64,000 nucleotides of DNA. Origin: Myxococcales bacterium. GTDB lineage: Bacteria > Myxococcota_A > Polyangia > Polyangiales > DASUME01. Position numbers and translations under genes: made by a program. The stretch spans positions 3,488,001 to 3,552,000 of the forward strand of contig JASGJH010000001.1 of the NCBI GenBank assembly GCA_047601445.1. The letters run 5' to 3'. The notes below the pieces were generated by a model. It had not been told where the DNA came from and did no database searches. It saw nothing but the letters and a program-made list of their open reading frames with translations. Below, piece by piece: positions 9,943 through 19,332 of the stretch (position 1 is its first letter; every line of letters begins with the position of its first letter).

Positions 9943-9985
9943 TGATTGGTTGGACCGCGTGGCCCGATATGTCAATGTCGGGGCC

Positions 9986-11587
9986 ATGCGCACGCCTTCG
10001 CCCGCTGAACCCGACGTCGAAACCCTGATCATCGGCACTGGCTTTGCCGGCCTCGGCATGGCCATCCGCCTGCAGTCGGAGGGCTTCTCGGACTTCGTCC
10101 TGATCGAGAAGGAACCCGAGATCGGCGGCACCTGGTTCGTGAACACCTATCCGGGCTGCGCCTGCGACGTGCAGTCGCACATGTACTCGTTCTCGTTCGA
10201 GCCCAACCCCAACTGGAGCCGGGAGTTCGCGAGCCAGCCCGAGATCCTGGCCTACCTCAAGCGCTGCACCGAGAAGTACGGGCTCCGTCCCAAGATCCGC
10301 TTCAGCACCCAGGCCGTGGGTGCCTCCTACGACGAGGCGCTGTGCCTGTGGCGGGTCGAGCTGGCGCGCACGGAAGACGTGGACCGCTACCTGGCGCAGC
10401 GCGGGCTGAAGCCTGGCGACACGCCCCCGCGCGACGATCCCGAGCGCCCCAAGACCCGCGTCATCACGGCGCGCGTGGTGATCTCCGCCATGGGCGGCCT
10501 ATCCACGCCGGCCTACCCGGCCCTCGAGGGACTCGAGCGCTTCAAGGGCAAGACCTTCCACTCGCAGCGCTGGGATCACGGCTACGACCTCACGGGCAAG
10601 CGTGTCGCGGTGATCGGCACCGGCGCCTCGGCCATTCAGTTCGTGCCCGCGATTCAGCCCAAGGCTGGCCGCATCGACGTGTACCAGCGCTCCGCCCCGT
10701 GGATCATGCCCAAGCCGGATCGAGCGATCAGCAAGGCCGAGCGCTGGCTGCACCGCAAACTTCCCGCGACACGCCTGGCCCGCCGCGCCGCGCTCTACGC
10801 CGCCCTGGAGAGCCGCGCCGTGGCCTTCGTGGTGGACCCGCGTTTGATGCGCTTCGGCGAGATCCCGGCCCGCATCTTCCGCCGCTTGCAGGTCAAGGAC
10901 CCGGCGCTCATGCGCAAGGTCACGCCCGACTACGAGATGGGCTGCAAGCGCGTGCTGCTCTCCAACGACTGGTACCCTGCGCTGCAGAAACCCAATGTCG
11001 ACCTGATCACCAGCGGCATCCGCGAGGTGCGCGAGCACAGCATCGTGGACGCCGAGGGCAACGAGCGCGAGGTGGACGCCATCATCTACGGCACGGGCTT
11101 CCGCATCGCCGACCTGATCCCGCGTGGGGTGATCGTCGGACGCGGTGGCAGGGATGTGGTGGACGGCTTCCGCTACGGTCCCGAGGCCTACAAGGGCAGT
11201 TCCATCGCGGGCTGTCCCAACCTATTCCTGCTGATCGGGCCGAATACCGGCCTCGGGCACAACTCCATCGTCTACATGATCGAGAGCCAGGTGCAGTACG
11301 TGCTCGGAGCGCTCAAGGCCATGCGTGAGGGGGGCCTGGCCGAGCTCGAGGTGCGCCACAGCGTACAGACGCAGTTCAACGACGAGCTCCAGGCTCGCTC
11401 CCACGGCACGATCTGGGAAGAAGGCGGTTGCTCGAGCTACTACCTCGACCCCCAGAGCGGGCGCAATATCGCGGTCTGGCCGGACTTTACCTTCAAGTTT
11501 CGCTGGCTGACCCGGCGCTTCGATCTCGAGAACTACCAGGGACGGGCCAAGGCCAACTTGCCTTTGGCGGTGGCGGCGGTTCCGTAG
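9986..11587 (+). CDS. flavin-containing monooxygenase (Baeyer-Villiger type)
   Basis: GTGFAG, GGTWFVNTYPGCACD, fingerprint FKGKTFHSQRWD, GTGASA. Confidence 0.93.
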   Translation: MRTPSPAEPDVETLIIGTGFAGLGMAIRLQSEGFSDFVLIEKEPEIGGTWFVNTYPGCACDVQSHMYSFSFEPNPNWSREFASQPEILAYLKRCTEKYGLRPKIRFSTQAVGASYDEALCLWRVELARTEDVDRYLAQRGLKPGDTPPRDDPERPKTRVITARVVISAMGGLSTPAYPALEGLERFKGKTFHSQRWDHGYDLTGKRVAVIGTGASAIQFVPAIQPKAGRIDVYQRSAPWIMPKPDRAISKAERWLHRKLPATRLARRAALYAALESRAVAFVVDPRLMRFGEIPARIFRRLQVKDPALMRKVTPDYEMGCKRVLLSNDWYPALQKPNVDLITSGIREVREHSIVDAEGNEREVDAIIYGTGFRIADLIPRGVIVGRGGRDVVDGFRYGPEAYKGSSIAGCPNLFLLIGPNTGLGHNSIVYMIESQVQYVLGALKAMREGGLAELEVRHSVQTQFNDELQARSHGTIWEEGGCSSYYLDPQSGRNIAVWPDFTFKFRWLTRRFDLENYQGRAKANLPLAVAAVP

Positions 11588-11601
11588 TACCCCGCGGGGA
11601 G

Positions 11602-12852
11602 ATGGATCCCTTCGGCCAGCAGGTCCCGCTCTTCGCCGTCCTTCCCTTCGGTCTGCTCCTCGCCTCGATCGCGATCTTTCCGCTCGCCGCCGGGCACTGG
11701 TGGGAGTCGAACCGCAACAAGGGCCTGGTGGTGCTCCTGCTCGCGGCGCCGGTGGCGGTGTACTTGGGTAATGCGTACCCCGACGGCCTCTGGCACAGCG
11801 GTCGCGAGTACCTGTCGTTCTTGGCGCTGTTGGGCTCGCTCTACACCATCGCGGGCGGCATCCATCTCGCCGGGGATCTGCGGGCCTCACCGCGCAACAA
11901 CACCATCATCCTCGGACTGGGCGCGCTGATCGCGAATCTGATCGGCACCACGGGCGCCAGCATGCTGTTGATTCGGGTGCTCCTGAAGACCAACAGCGAG
12001 CGCAAGCACGTGGCGCACACGCCGTTCTTCTTCATCCTGATCGTGTCGAACTGCGGCGGTCTCTTGACCCCGCTCGGCGATCCTCCGCTCTTTCTGGGCT
12101 ATCTGCGCGGTGTGCCGTTCACTTGGACGCTGAGTCTGTTCCCTTACTGGCTGCTCGCCATCGTTTACTTGCTCGCCCTGTACTACCTGGTCGACCTGCG
12201 CGCGTACCGGGCCGAAGGGGCGCGCGACCTGGCGCGAGACATGACCGAAGTACAACCGCTGCGCGTGGGCGGACTCGTCAACGTGCTGCTGCTCGCGGGC
12301 GTGATCGGGGCCATCTTCCTGGACTCGCCTTACCGCGAGCTCGCGATGACCGCGCTGGCCGTGGTGAGCGTCAGGCTGGCTCCGCACCAGCCGCGTGAGC
12401 AAAACAACTTCAGCTACGGGCCCATCATCGAGGTCGCCGTATTGTTCGCCGGGATCTTCGTCACCATGGTGCCGGCCTTGGCGTTGCTCGAGACGCGCGG
12501 AGCAGAGCTGGGTCTACATGCGCCGTGGCAATTCTTCCTGGTCACGGGCGCGCTCTCCTCGGTGCTCGACAATGCGCCGACCTACCTGACCTTCCTGTCC
12601 GCGGTGCAGGGCATGAAGCTCGAGGATCAAATCGTGGGCATACCGCAGGTGTACCTGACCGCGATCAGCGTGGGCGCGGTGTTCATGGGCGCCAACACGT
12701 ACATCGGGAATGGGCCCAACTTCATGGTCAAAGCCATCGCGGAGGAGAGCGGTGTGAAAATGCCGTCGTTCTTCGGCTACGCGGGCAAGGCGGTGCTGGC
12801 GCTGAGTCCGATCTACGTGGCGGTGCTGCTCTTGCTGGGACGAGCGGGCTGA
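11602..12852 (+). CDS. putative sodium:proton antiporter (ion transporter superfamily)
   Basis: GTTGASMLLIR, GGLLTPLGDPPLFLGYLRG, LDNAPTYLTF, MGANTYIGNGPNFMVK. Confidence 0.85.
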   Translation: MDPFGQQVPLFAVLPFGLLLASIAIFPLAAGHWWESNRNKGLVVLLLAAPVAVYLGNAYPDGLWHSGREYLSFLALLGSLYTIAGGIHLAGDLRASPRNNTIILGLGALIANLIGTTGASMLLIRVLLKTNSERKHVAHTPFFFILIVSNCGGLLTPLGDPPLFLGYLRGVPFTWTLSLFPYWLLAIVYLLALYYLVDLRAYRAEGARDLARDMTEVQPLRVGGLVNVLLLAGVIGAIFLDSPYRELAMTALAVVSVRLAPHQPREQNNFSYGPIIEVAVLFAGIFVTMVPALALLETRGAELGLHAPWQFFLVTGALSSVLDNAPTYLTFLSAVQGMKLEDQIVGIPQVYLTAISVGAVFMGANTYIGNGPNFMVKAIAEESGVKMPSFFGYAGKAVLALSPIYVAVLLLLGRAG

Positions 12853-12865
12853 GATCGGCGCGAGT

Positions 12866-14231
12866 TCAAGCCGCGGCGAGGTCGAGTTCCAGCACCAGGG
12901 CAGCCCCCGCTTGCGAGGGCTCCACGAAGGCGCGTCCACCGTGGGCCAAGGCCACCTCGCGCACGATGGCCAAACCGAGTCCCGCCCCGGAGTCGCTGTG
13001 CTTCAAGCGGTGGAAGGGCTCGAACACGTGCTCGCGTTCCGCCGTAGGAATCCCCGGACCGTCGTCCTTCACGCGCAGCGTGAGCAAGCTCGGCCCACGC
13101 TCGATCTCCACTTGCACGCGGTGCGCAGCGTACTTGATGGCGTTGGAGAGGAGATTATCGAGGGCCTGGCGCAAGGCGTGAGGACGCACGCGCGCCCAGA
13201 CCTCCGGCTCGGCGCGCAGCTCGAGATCCAGGTGGCGCAGCTCGCTGGCGGCTGTGATTTGGCCCAAGGCGCTGCGGGCGATCTCCGCCACGTCGCAGCT
13301 CTGTCGAGGCTCCGTCTGATGAGCCACCGCCGCGGTGTCGAGCAGGCGTGAGGCGAGCGCGGCGAGGCGGTCCACCTCCACCCGCGTGTCCGCGAGCGCG
13401 GCCTTGAGCTCGCTCATGGGGCGTTCACGGCGCAGCGCCAGGTCGAGGCTCGTGCGCATCAACGTGAGTGGAGTGCGCAGCTCGTGCGCGGCGTCGGCCA
13501 GCAAGCGCTCCTTGCCGTCGCGGGCTTGCTTCAGCGCGAAGGTGGCCTGCGTCAGCACGGCGCGTAGGGCGGACAGCTCGTCGTGGGCCGCCTCGGGGGT
13601 GAGCGTATGCTCGAGGTTGCCCTTGCGCAGCGCATCCACGTGGACCGAGAGCTCGGCCAGACGTCGTCGCAGGGATCGCCCTTGCCAGACCTGGAACAGG
13701 ACCAGCGACAGGGCGGCCACCATCAGCGCGCCGAGCGAGAGGCGGCGCGAGAATCAACAGCGCGGAATCGACCTGGGCCAGGGGGGCGCTCAGGCGCAGG
13801 GTGTAGGGCTCGCCGTTGGGCGCGCGCACGGTGACGGTCAGGGTCCGCTCGCGCACGCCCCCGTGCTCGCGCGTGGCGAGCACGGGGGCTGCGCCCGGGG
13901 TACCGGGGAGCAAGCGTTCGTGGGGCGGCGCAGCCTTGGCCAGCGGCGGATAGTGCATGACCTCGCGGCCGTCGGGTCCGAACAGCACGCCGTCCGGGGC
14001 GAAGGCGCGCACGCTCTCCACGAGCGGCGAGCTCGACATGTGCAAGTGCGGACGTCGCCCAGGGCCGTCGAACAAGCTCACGCTCTCGACCGCTGCCTGT
14101 GCGAGGAGTGCTTGATCCAGGGAGCGCTCGAGGCCGAACTTGAACCAGGCATCCGCGCCGAACAGAACCGTGGCCCCGACCAGCGCGGGCAAGACCGCAC
14201 CCGAGAGCCAGAGCCGCGTGGCCAGTCGCAC
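12866..14231 (-). CDS. sensor histidine kinase (HAMP-HisKA-HATPase), split by one extra base near 13745
   Basis: The N-terminal frame (GTG 14231, VRLATRLWLSG...) joins the frame with AAHELRTPLT, NLLSNAIKY, DDGPGI and GLGLAIV once one C is removed (LILARLSLGALMVAA). Confidence 0.85.
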
Positions 14232-14233
14232 GC

Positions 14234-14917
14234 TCAGGCCCCTGTTCCGCGCGGTGCCATGCGGTAACCCATGCCACGCACCGCGGCGATCTCGACATCG
14301 CCCGCCCCGACCTCGGCCAGCTTGTTGCGCAGGTAGCCGATGTACACGTCGACCACGTTCTGCGTGCGAGTGAAGTCGCTGCCCCAGGCGGAGCTCAACA
14401 GGTGGGTGCGCGTCAGCACCTCCCCTGGACGCGCGAAGAACTCCGAGGCCAGCGAGAACTCGCGGGCCGTCAGCACGCATTCACCGCTCGGTCCACGTAG
14501 CGTGCGGCGCGGCACATCGAGCTCGGCCGAGTGGAAGCGGCGCGCGCTGGGGCCGCCGCCGGCACGCCGTTGCAGCGCCTCGAGACGGGCCAAGAGTTCC
14601 TCGAAGTCGAAGGGCTTCACCAAATAGTCATCGGCGCCCGCGCGCAGACCCGTCACGCGCTCGCCAACCGTGCCGCGCGCGGTGAGCATCAGCACCGGTG
14701 TGAGCAGGCCGCTGTCGCGCCAGCGGCGCAGCACCGAGATGCCGTCCGCGTCGGGTAGGCTCCAGTCGAGCACCACCACGTCGTAGGCCACCGAACGCGC
14801 CTGGGCCTCGGCCTCCTTGCCGGACGCGCACACGTCGACCTGGTGTCCTTCTTCGGCCAGCCCGCGTTGGAGCATCTGGGCCATCCGGGGTTCGTCTTCG
14901 ACGACTAGGAGCCTCAT
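14234..14917 (-). CDS. OmpR/PhoB-family response regulator (CusR/CzcR-like)
   Basis: MRLLVVEDE, VVLDWSLP, GADDYLVKPF, NVVDVYIGYLRNKL, VRGMGY. Confidence 0.93.
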   Translation of the reverse strand: MRLLVVEDEPRMAQMLQRGLAEEGHQVDVCASGKEAEAQARSVAYDVVVLDWSLPDADGISVLRRWRDSGLLTPVLMLTARGTVGERVTGLRAGADDYLVKPFDFEELLARLEALQRRAGGGPSARRFHSAELDVPRRTLRGPSGECVLTAREFSLASEFFARPGEVLTRTHLLSSAWGSDFTRTQNVVDVYIGYLRNKLAEVGAGDVEIAAVRGMGYRMAPRGTGA

Positions 14918-17900
14918 GGTGTGCGACCGCGCCCTTTCAACGCGCCTTTCAGCGCGCCGCTCAGCAAAGGATACAACACCGGCAGGACGAACAGCGTAAG
15001 CAGGGTCGACGTGAACAGGCCGCCGACCACGACGGTGGCGAGCGGACGCTGGACTTCGGCCCCGATCCCGCGAGAAATCATCATGGGAACGAAGCCGAGG
15101 GCCGCCACCAGTGCGGTCATCAGAACCGGGCGTGCGCGCTCTCGTGCGGCCGTCCGCGCGACCTCCTCGGGGTCGGCCTTACCTTGCTCGAGCTCGAGCG
15201 CGCGGGCCATCCAGACCACGCCGTTCATCACCGCGATGCCGGTGAGCGCGATGAAGCCGACGGCGGCGGGCAACGAGATCGGCATGTCGCGGAGGGCCAG
15301 CAAGAGCACGCCGCCCACAGCCGCCAGGGGCACCAGGGAGAACACCGTGCAGGCCGCGCGCAGATTCTTGAACGTCAGAGTGAGCAGCGCGAGCACCAAC
15401 CCCAGCACACCAGGCACCAACCAGGCGAGCTGGCGGCTCGCGGCGGTGAGGCTCGCGTATTGCCCGCCCCATTCGAGGTGATACCCGGGCGGGAGCTTGC
15501 TGGCGGAGGCGGCCGCACGTTGCGCCGCGTGCACCACGGTCGCGAGGTCGGCGCCACGCACGTTGAACCCGATAATCAAGCGACGCTGCCCGTTGCGCCG
15601 ATTGATCAGGCCTGGCGTGGACCCTTGCTCGAGCTCCGCCACCTGCGCTAGCGGCACGCTGCCGCCCTGCGGAAGCGGCAAGGGTAGGCTCGCCATGGCA
15701 GCAGCGTCGGGGGAGCCCGCCAGCAAGAGGCGCAGGGGCACGCGCAGAGGGCCCTGCCAGGTCTGACCGAACTCCAGGCCCACACGCACCGCGCTGGCGG
15801 TCGACAATACGTCTTGCGCGCGGAGTCCCACTTGCGCCGTGGCCACTGCGCGCGGTCGAACCGTGAGGAGCGGCACGGCGGGTGGCGCCAGCACGCGCAC
15901 GTCGGCGGCACCCGTCACGCCCTTGAACGCCGCTGCGAGCAGGTCGGCCTGCCGCCGCAGCTCGCTCAGGTCCTCGCCGTAGAGGCTCACTGCCACGTCG
16001 GTGACCGCGCCCCCCAGCAGCTCGTTGAAGCGCATCTGAATCGGCTGCGTGAACGACGGTTCTCCACCGGGTGCCTCCGCCGCGAGCACGCGCTCCATGT
16101 CGCGCACCAGCTCGTCACGCCCGAACCCGGCACGCCAGGCCGTGTGCGGCGCGAGCTTCACGAAGACATCGGCTTGCTCGAAACCCATGATGTCCGTGGC
16201 CACGGCGGGACTCCCGATGCGGGTCACCACCTGCGTCACCTCGGGCACCCCAGCGCGCAAGACTCGCTCCAGCTGCAGGGAGTCCGCGACGGACCGCTCG
16301 AGACTGATGTCCGGTGCCCGCGTGGTCTGAATCACCATGTCGCCCTCATCGAGCTGCGGCGTGAACTCCACGCCGCGCCGCTGCCCGACGAACCACCCGA
16401 GCGAGACCAGTCCCAGCGTCGCCAGCACCACGGGCCAGCGGCGCCCGAGCAACCGGCTCAGCGCGGCTCCGTGGACCCGCTCCAGCCCGCGCACGATCCA
16501 TGGCTCGTGCGCGGGCACATGGCACGGCCCGAGCCAACTGGCGAGCAAGGCGGGCACCCAGGTGAGCGACAGGACGAGCGCGAACAGCAGCGCCAGCACG
16601 ACCGTGATGGCCATCGGCCGGAACAACTTGCCGTCGGTGCCTGTCAAGGCGAGCACCGGCACGTAGACCATCAGGATGACCAAGACCGAGAAGAACACCG
16701 GACGCGCCGAGCGTCTCGTCACGTCGAGTACGTGGGCGCGCCAGCGCTCCCCGGCCTCGGGCGGGGCCGCGTGAAACACGCCCTCCACCAGCACGATGGC
16801 CCCGTCGACCAGCAAGCCGAAATCGAGCGCGCCCAGGCTCATCAGGTTTCCGGGCATGCCGCCGAGCGACATCACTGCGGTGGCGAAAACCATCGAAAGC
16901 GGGATCACGCTGGCGGCGATGAGGCCCGCCCGAAACGAGCCCAGGAACACGAGCAACACGGCCATCACCAGGCTGCCACCCTCGGCCAGGTTGGTGAACA
17001 CCGTGCGGAGCGAGCCGCGCACGAGCTCGCTGCGATCGTAGACCACGTCGACCCGCACGTCCTCGGGCAGCGCCGCGCGCACTTCGGGCATCCGCGCGTG
17101 CACCCGCTCGAGCACCTCGAGGGCGTTCTCGTCGCGCAGCATCTGCGCCATCAAGTACACCGTCTCGCCGCGACCGTTGGCGGTCGCCGCGCCGAGCCGC
17201 AGCACGGTCCCTTCGCGCACCTCACCGAGATCGCGCGCGCGCACCATGGGCTGAGCGACCACGGCGTCTGCCAACTCCGAGGCCGTACGCGGCCGGGCTT
17301 GAGAGCGCAACAGGACCTGCCCTCCGCGCGCCGCCACCGCGCCGCCCGCAGCCACGCCCACCGCGTCGCGCAGCGCGAGCTCGAGTTCACGCAAAGGCAG
17401 ACCGCGCGCAGCGAGGGCACTCGGCTCGACCACCACGTCCAGGGTGCGCTGGGCCCCACCCCACGAGTTCACCTCCACGATACCTGCCACCGATTTCAGC
17501 AGCGGTGCGACGTGCAACGTGGCCAACTCCAAGAGCTCGACGGGAGTGCGGGACGCGGAGGACAGCGTGAGATGATAGACCTCGCCCAAACCTCCGCTCA
17601 GCGGCGCGATCGCCGGCGCTCTCACGTCGGGAGGAAGCGGCGCGGAGACCAGGCGCTCACTGACCATCTGGCGCGCCCGCCAGGGATCCACCGCGTCATC
17701 GAACACGACCGTGATCGATGAGATGCCGTAGCGCGAGATGCTGCGCTGCTCCGTGATCCCCGGCAACCCCGACAACGCCACCTCGAGCGGACGCGTTACG
17801 CTGAGCTCCACCTCCTCGGGCGAGAATCCGCTCGCCGTGGTGAGCACCACGACCTGGTTGTTGGTGAGGTCCGGCAACGCGTCGAGGGGCAAGCGCAGCG

Positions 17901-17991
17901 CTGGCCACAGCGCGATCAGCGCCGCCAGCAGCGTGCCCACGAGCACCAGCCCGCGCCGCTGCACGGCGAACTGCGTGAGTCCTGCGATCAC
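14914..17991 (-). CDS. CusA/CzcA-family heavy-metal RND permease
   Basis: LDALPDLTNNQVVV, NLMSLGALDFGLLVDGAIV, RARPVLMTALVAALGFVPM, AEVQRPLATVVVGG. The GTG start overlaps the upstream TGA. Confidence 0.93.
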   Translation of the reverse strand: MIAGLTQFAVQRRGLVLVGTLLAALIALWPALRLPLDALPDLTNNQVVVLTTASGFSPEEVELSVTRPLEVALSGLPGITEQRSISRYGISSITVVFDDAVDPWRARQMVSERLVSAPLPPDVRAPAIAPLSGGLGEVYHLTLSSASRTPVELLELATLHVAPLLKSVAGIVEVNSWGGAQRTLDVVVEPSALAARGLPLRELELALRDAVGVAAGGAVAARGGQVLLRSQARPRTASELADAVVAQPMVRARDLGEVREGTVLRLGAATANGRGETVYLMAQMLRDENALEVLERVHARMPEVRAALPEDVRVDVVYDRSELVRGSLRTVFTNLAEGGSLVMAVLLVFLGSFRAGLIAASVIPLSMVFATAVMSLGGMPGNLMSLGALDFGLLVDGAIVLVEGVFHAAPPEAGERWRAHVLDVTRRSARPVFFSVLVILMVYVPVLALTGTDGKLFRPMAITVVLALLFALVLSLTWVPALLASWLGPCHVPAHEPWIVRGLERVHGAALSRLLGRRWPVVLATLGLVSLGWFVGQRRGVEFTPQLDEGDMVIQTTRAPDISLERSVADSLQLERVLRAGVPEVTQVVTRIGSPAVATDIMGFEQADVFVKLAPHTAWRAGFGRDELVRDMERVLAAEAPGGEPSFTQPIQMRFNELLGGAVTDVAVSLYGEDLSELRRQADLLAAAFKGVTGAADVRVLAPPAVPLLTVRPRAVATAQVGLRAQDVLSTASAVRVGLEFGQTWQGPLRVPLRLLLAGSPDAAAMASLPLPLPQGGSVPLAQVAELEQGSTPGLINRRNGQRRLIIGFNVRGADLATVVHAAQRAAASASKLPPGYHLEWGGQYASLTAASRQLAWLVPGVLGLVLALLTLTFKNLRAACTVFSLVPLAAVGGVLLLALRDMPISLPAAVGFIALTGIAVMNGVVWMARALELEQGKADPEEVARTAARERARPVLMTALVAALGFVPMMISRGIGAEVQRPLATVVVGGLFTSTLLTLFVLPVLYPLLSGALKGALKGRGRTP

Positions 17992-19052
17992 AGCACCGCC
18001 GAGCCGCCACGCACGTCCACTGCGACCTGGGCCTGCAGCGGCACCCCTTCCACGAGAGCCTCGGTACCGCTCTGCCGGATCACCTTGACCGGCAGCTTGT
18101 GCGTCCCCACGGGATCGCGCACCTCCACGTACGTCTGTCCGCGCTCCTCGCTCAGGGCGCCGCTCGGAATCACGACCCAGTCTTCGCGCAACTTCATGCG
18201 CACTCGCCCGAGCGTCCCCGCGACGAGACCAGGCTCCGGCTCGCGCGCGTGCAACCAGGCGACGCGCAATCCGTCCCGCTCGTCCGCGTGAGGCGAGAGC
18301 GCGTCGAGCACCAACGGCACGCTCCGGTTCACGTCGACCCACTCGAAGGTCACGCCCACCGGCGGCGGTGTCGCGAAGCGCGCCTCGACGCGTGGATCCG
18401 CGTCCGCGCTGACCAGCTCGAGCAATGGCCCGGCGTTGGGCTCACGCATCTCGCCCAGCTTGGCGTTCACGCTCACCACCACGCCCGTCAACGGAGCGCG
18501 CAAAGCCACTGCACCGTCGCCATCGAGCAACCCCGCGGCCCGCGTGTCCAGCTCGCCGGCCGCACGCAGCGTGGCCCGAGCGCTCTCGCGGTCGCCGCGC
18601 ACGCTGGCGATGTTGGCGTCGATGTCGCTCAGTTCGGCCGCGCGCGCGAGCCCCTTCTCCAGCAGCGGCGCCACCACAGCGCGGCGCTCCTGCCAGCTCT
18701 GCAGCCGCAGCTCCGCCGACCGCAACGCGCCAGCGGCCCGGATCAACTCCGGCATCACCACGTCGACCAACGCGTCGCCCTCGTTCACGGTCTGTCCGGC
18801 ACGCACGCGCACGCGGCGCACCCGCGCGCTCAGCGGCACCGAGATGAGCGCCGTGTCGTTGGGAGAGGAGACCACACGCGCTGGCGCGTCCAACCAGCTG
18901 CTCTCACGGGCCGCCTCCACGCTCTGAAAGCGCGCCACGGAGCTCGCTGCCTGAGCTTCCGGCGCTTCCCGCGCGGGCTCTTGTGTGCTGCATCCGATCA
19001 GGCTGCAACAGAGAGCGACGGCGCCCGCGGTCGAGTGGAGTCCGTTGAACAT
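17988..19052 (-). CDS. RND periplasmic adaptor (membrane fusion protein, CzcB-like), probable lipoprotein
   Basis: Lipobox LIGC; barrel-sandwich GQTVNEGDALV and LRAPLTGVV; VVIPSGAL; directly upstream of the RND permease. Confidence 0.85.
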   Translation of the reverse strand: MFNGLHSTAGAVALCCSLIGCSTQEPAREAPEAQAASSVARFQSVEAARESSWLDAPARVVSSPNDTALISVPLSARVRRVRVRAGQTVNEGDALVDVVMPELIRAAGALRSAELRLQSWQERRAVVAPLLEKGLARAAELSDIDANIASVRGDRESARATLRAAGELDTRAAGLLDGDGAVALRAPLTGVVVSVNAKLGEMREPNAGPLLELVSADADPRVEARFATPPPVGVTFEWVDVNRSVPLVLDALSPHADERDGLRVAWLHAREPEPGLVAGTLGRVRMKLREDWVVIPSGALSEERGQTYVEVRDPVGTHKLPVKVIRQSGTEALVEGVPLQAQVAVDVRGGSAVL

Positions 19053-19084
19053 GGGCGCAGGCTACAGGCTCGACGGAAGCGCTG

Positions 19085-19113
19085 CATGAGAGTGGAATAA
19101 GAAGTTTCTCATG
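19085..19113. promoter_or_regulatory. candidate response-regulator box upstream of the RND operon
   Basis: ATGAGA (19086) and ATAAGA (19097) repeat at 11-bp spacing inside the inverted repeat CATGAGA-N15-TCTCATG. Confidence 0.4.
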
Positions 19114-19332
19114 AATACCGCGTGACGCCGTGGCAGCGATGAAATTGACCCGGCCGAGCCAAAGCGGTGACCTCTGGGTCCAACTGCAACGATCACACGC
19201 GCGCTCGGCTCTGCCTGCCTCGGTATCGCATCCATTTCAACGCCTGACAGTCATATGACCCGCTGGCGCTTTTGATAGCCCAAGCGGCCCAGCCACCGTT
19301 GCGTTCGCCGTGCACAGTTCCAAGCTTTCGAG

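Noticed and set aside
17992..18342. N-terminal extension of the RND ORF, and similar extensions of the GT4, Kazal, DUF1295 and TetR ORFs
   Set aside because: They overlap neighbouring genes or intergenic DNA; family motifs begin at downstream starts.
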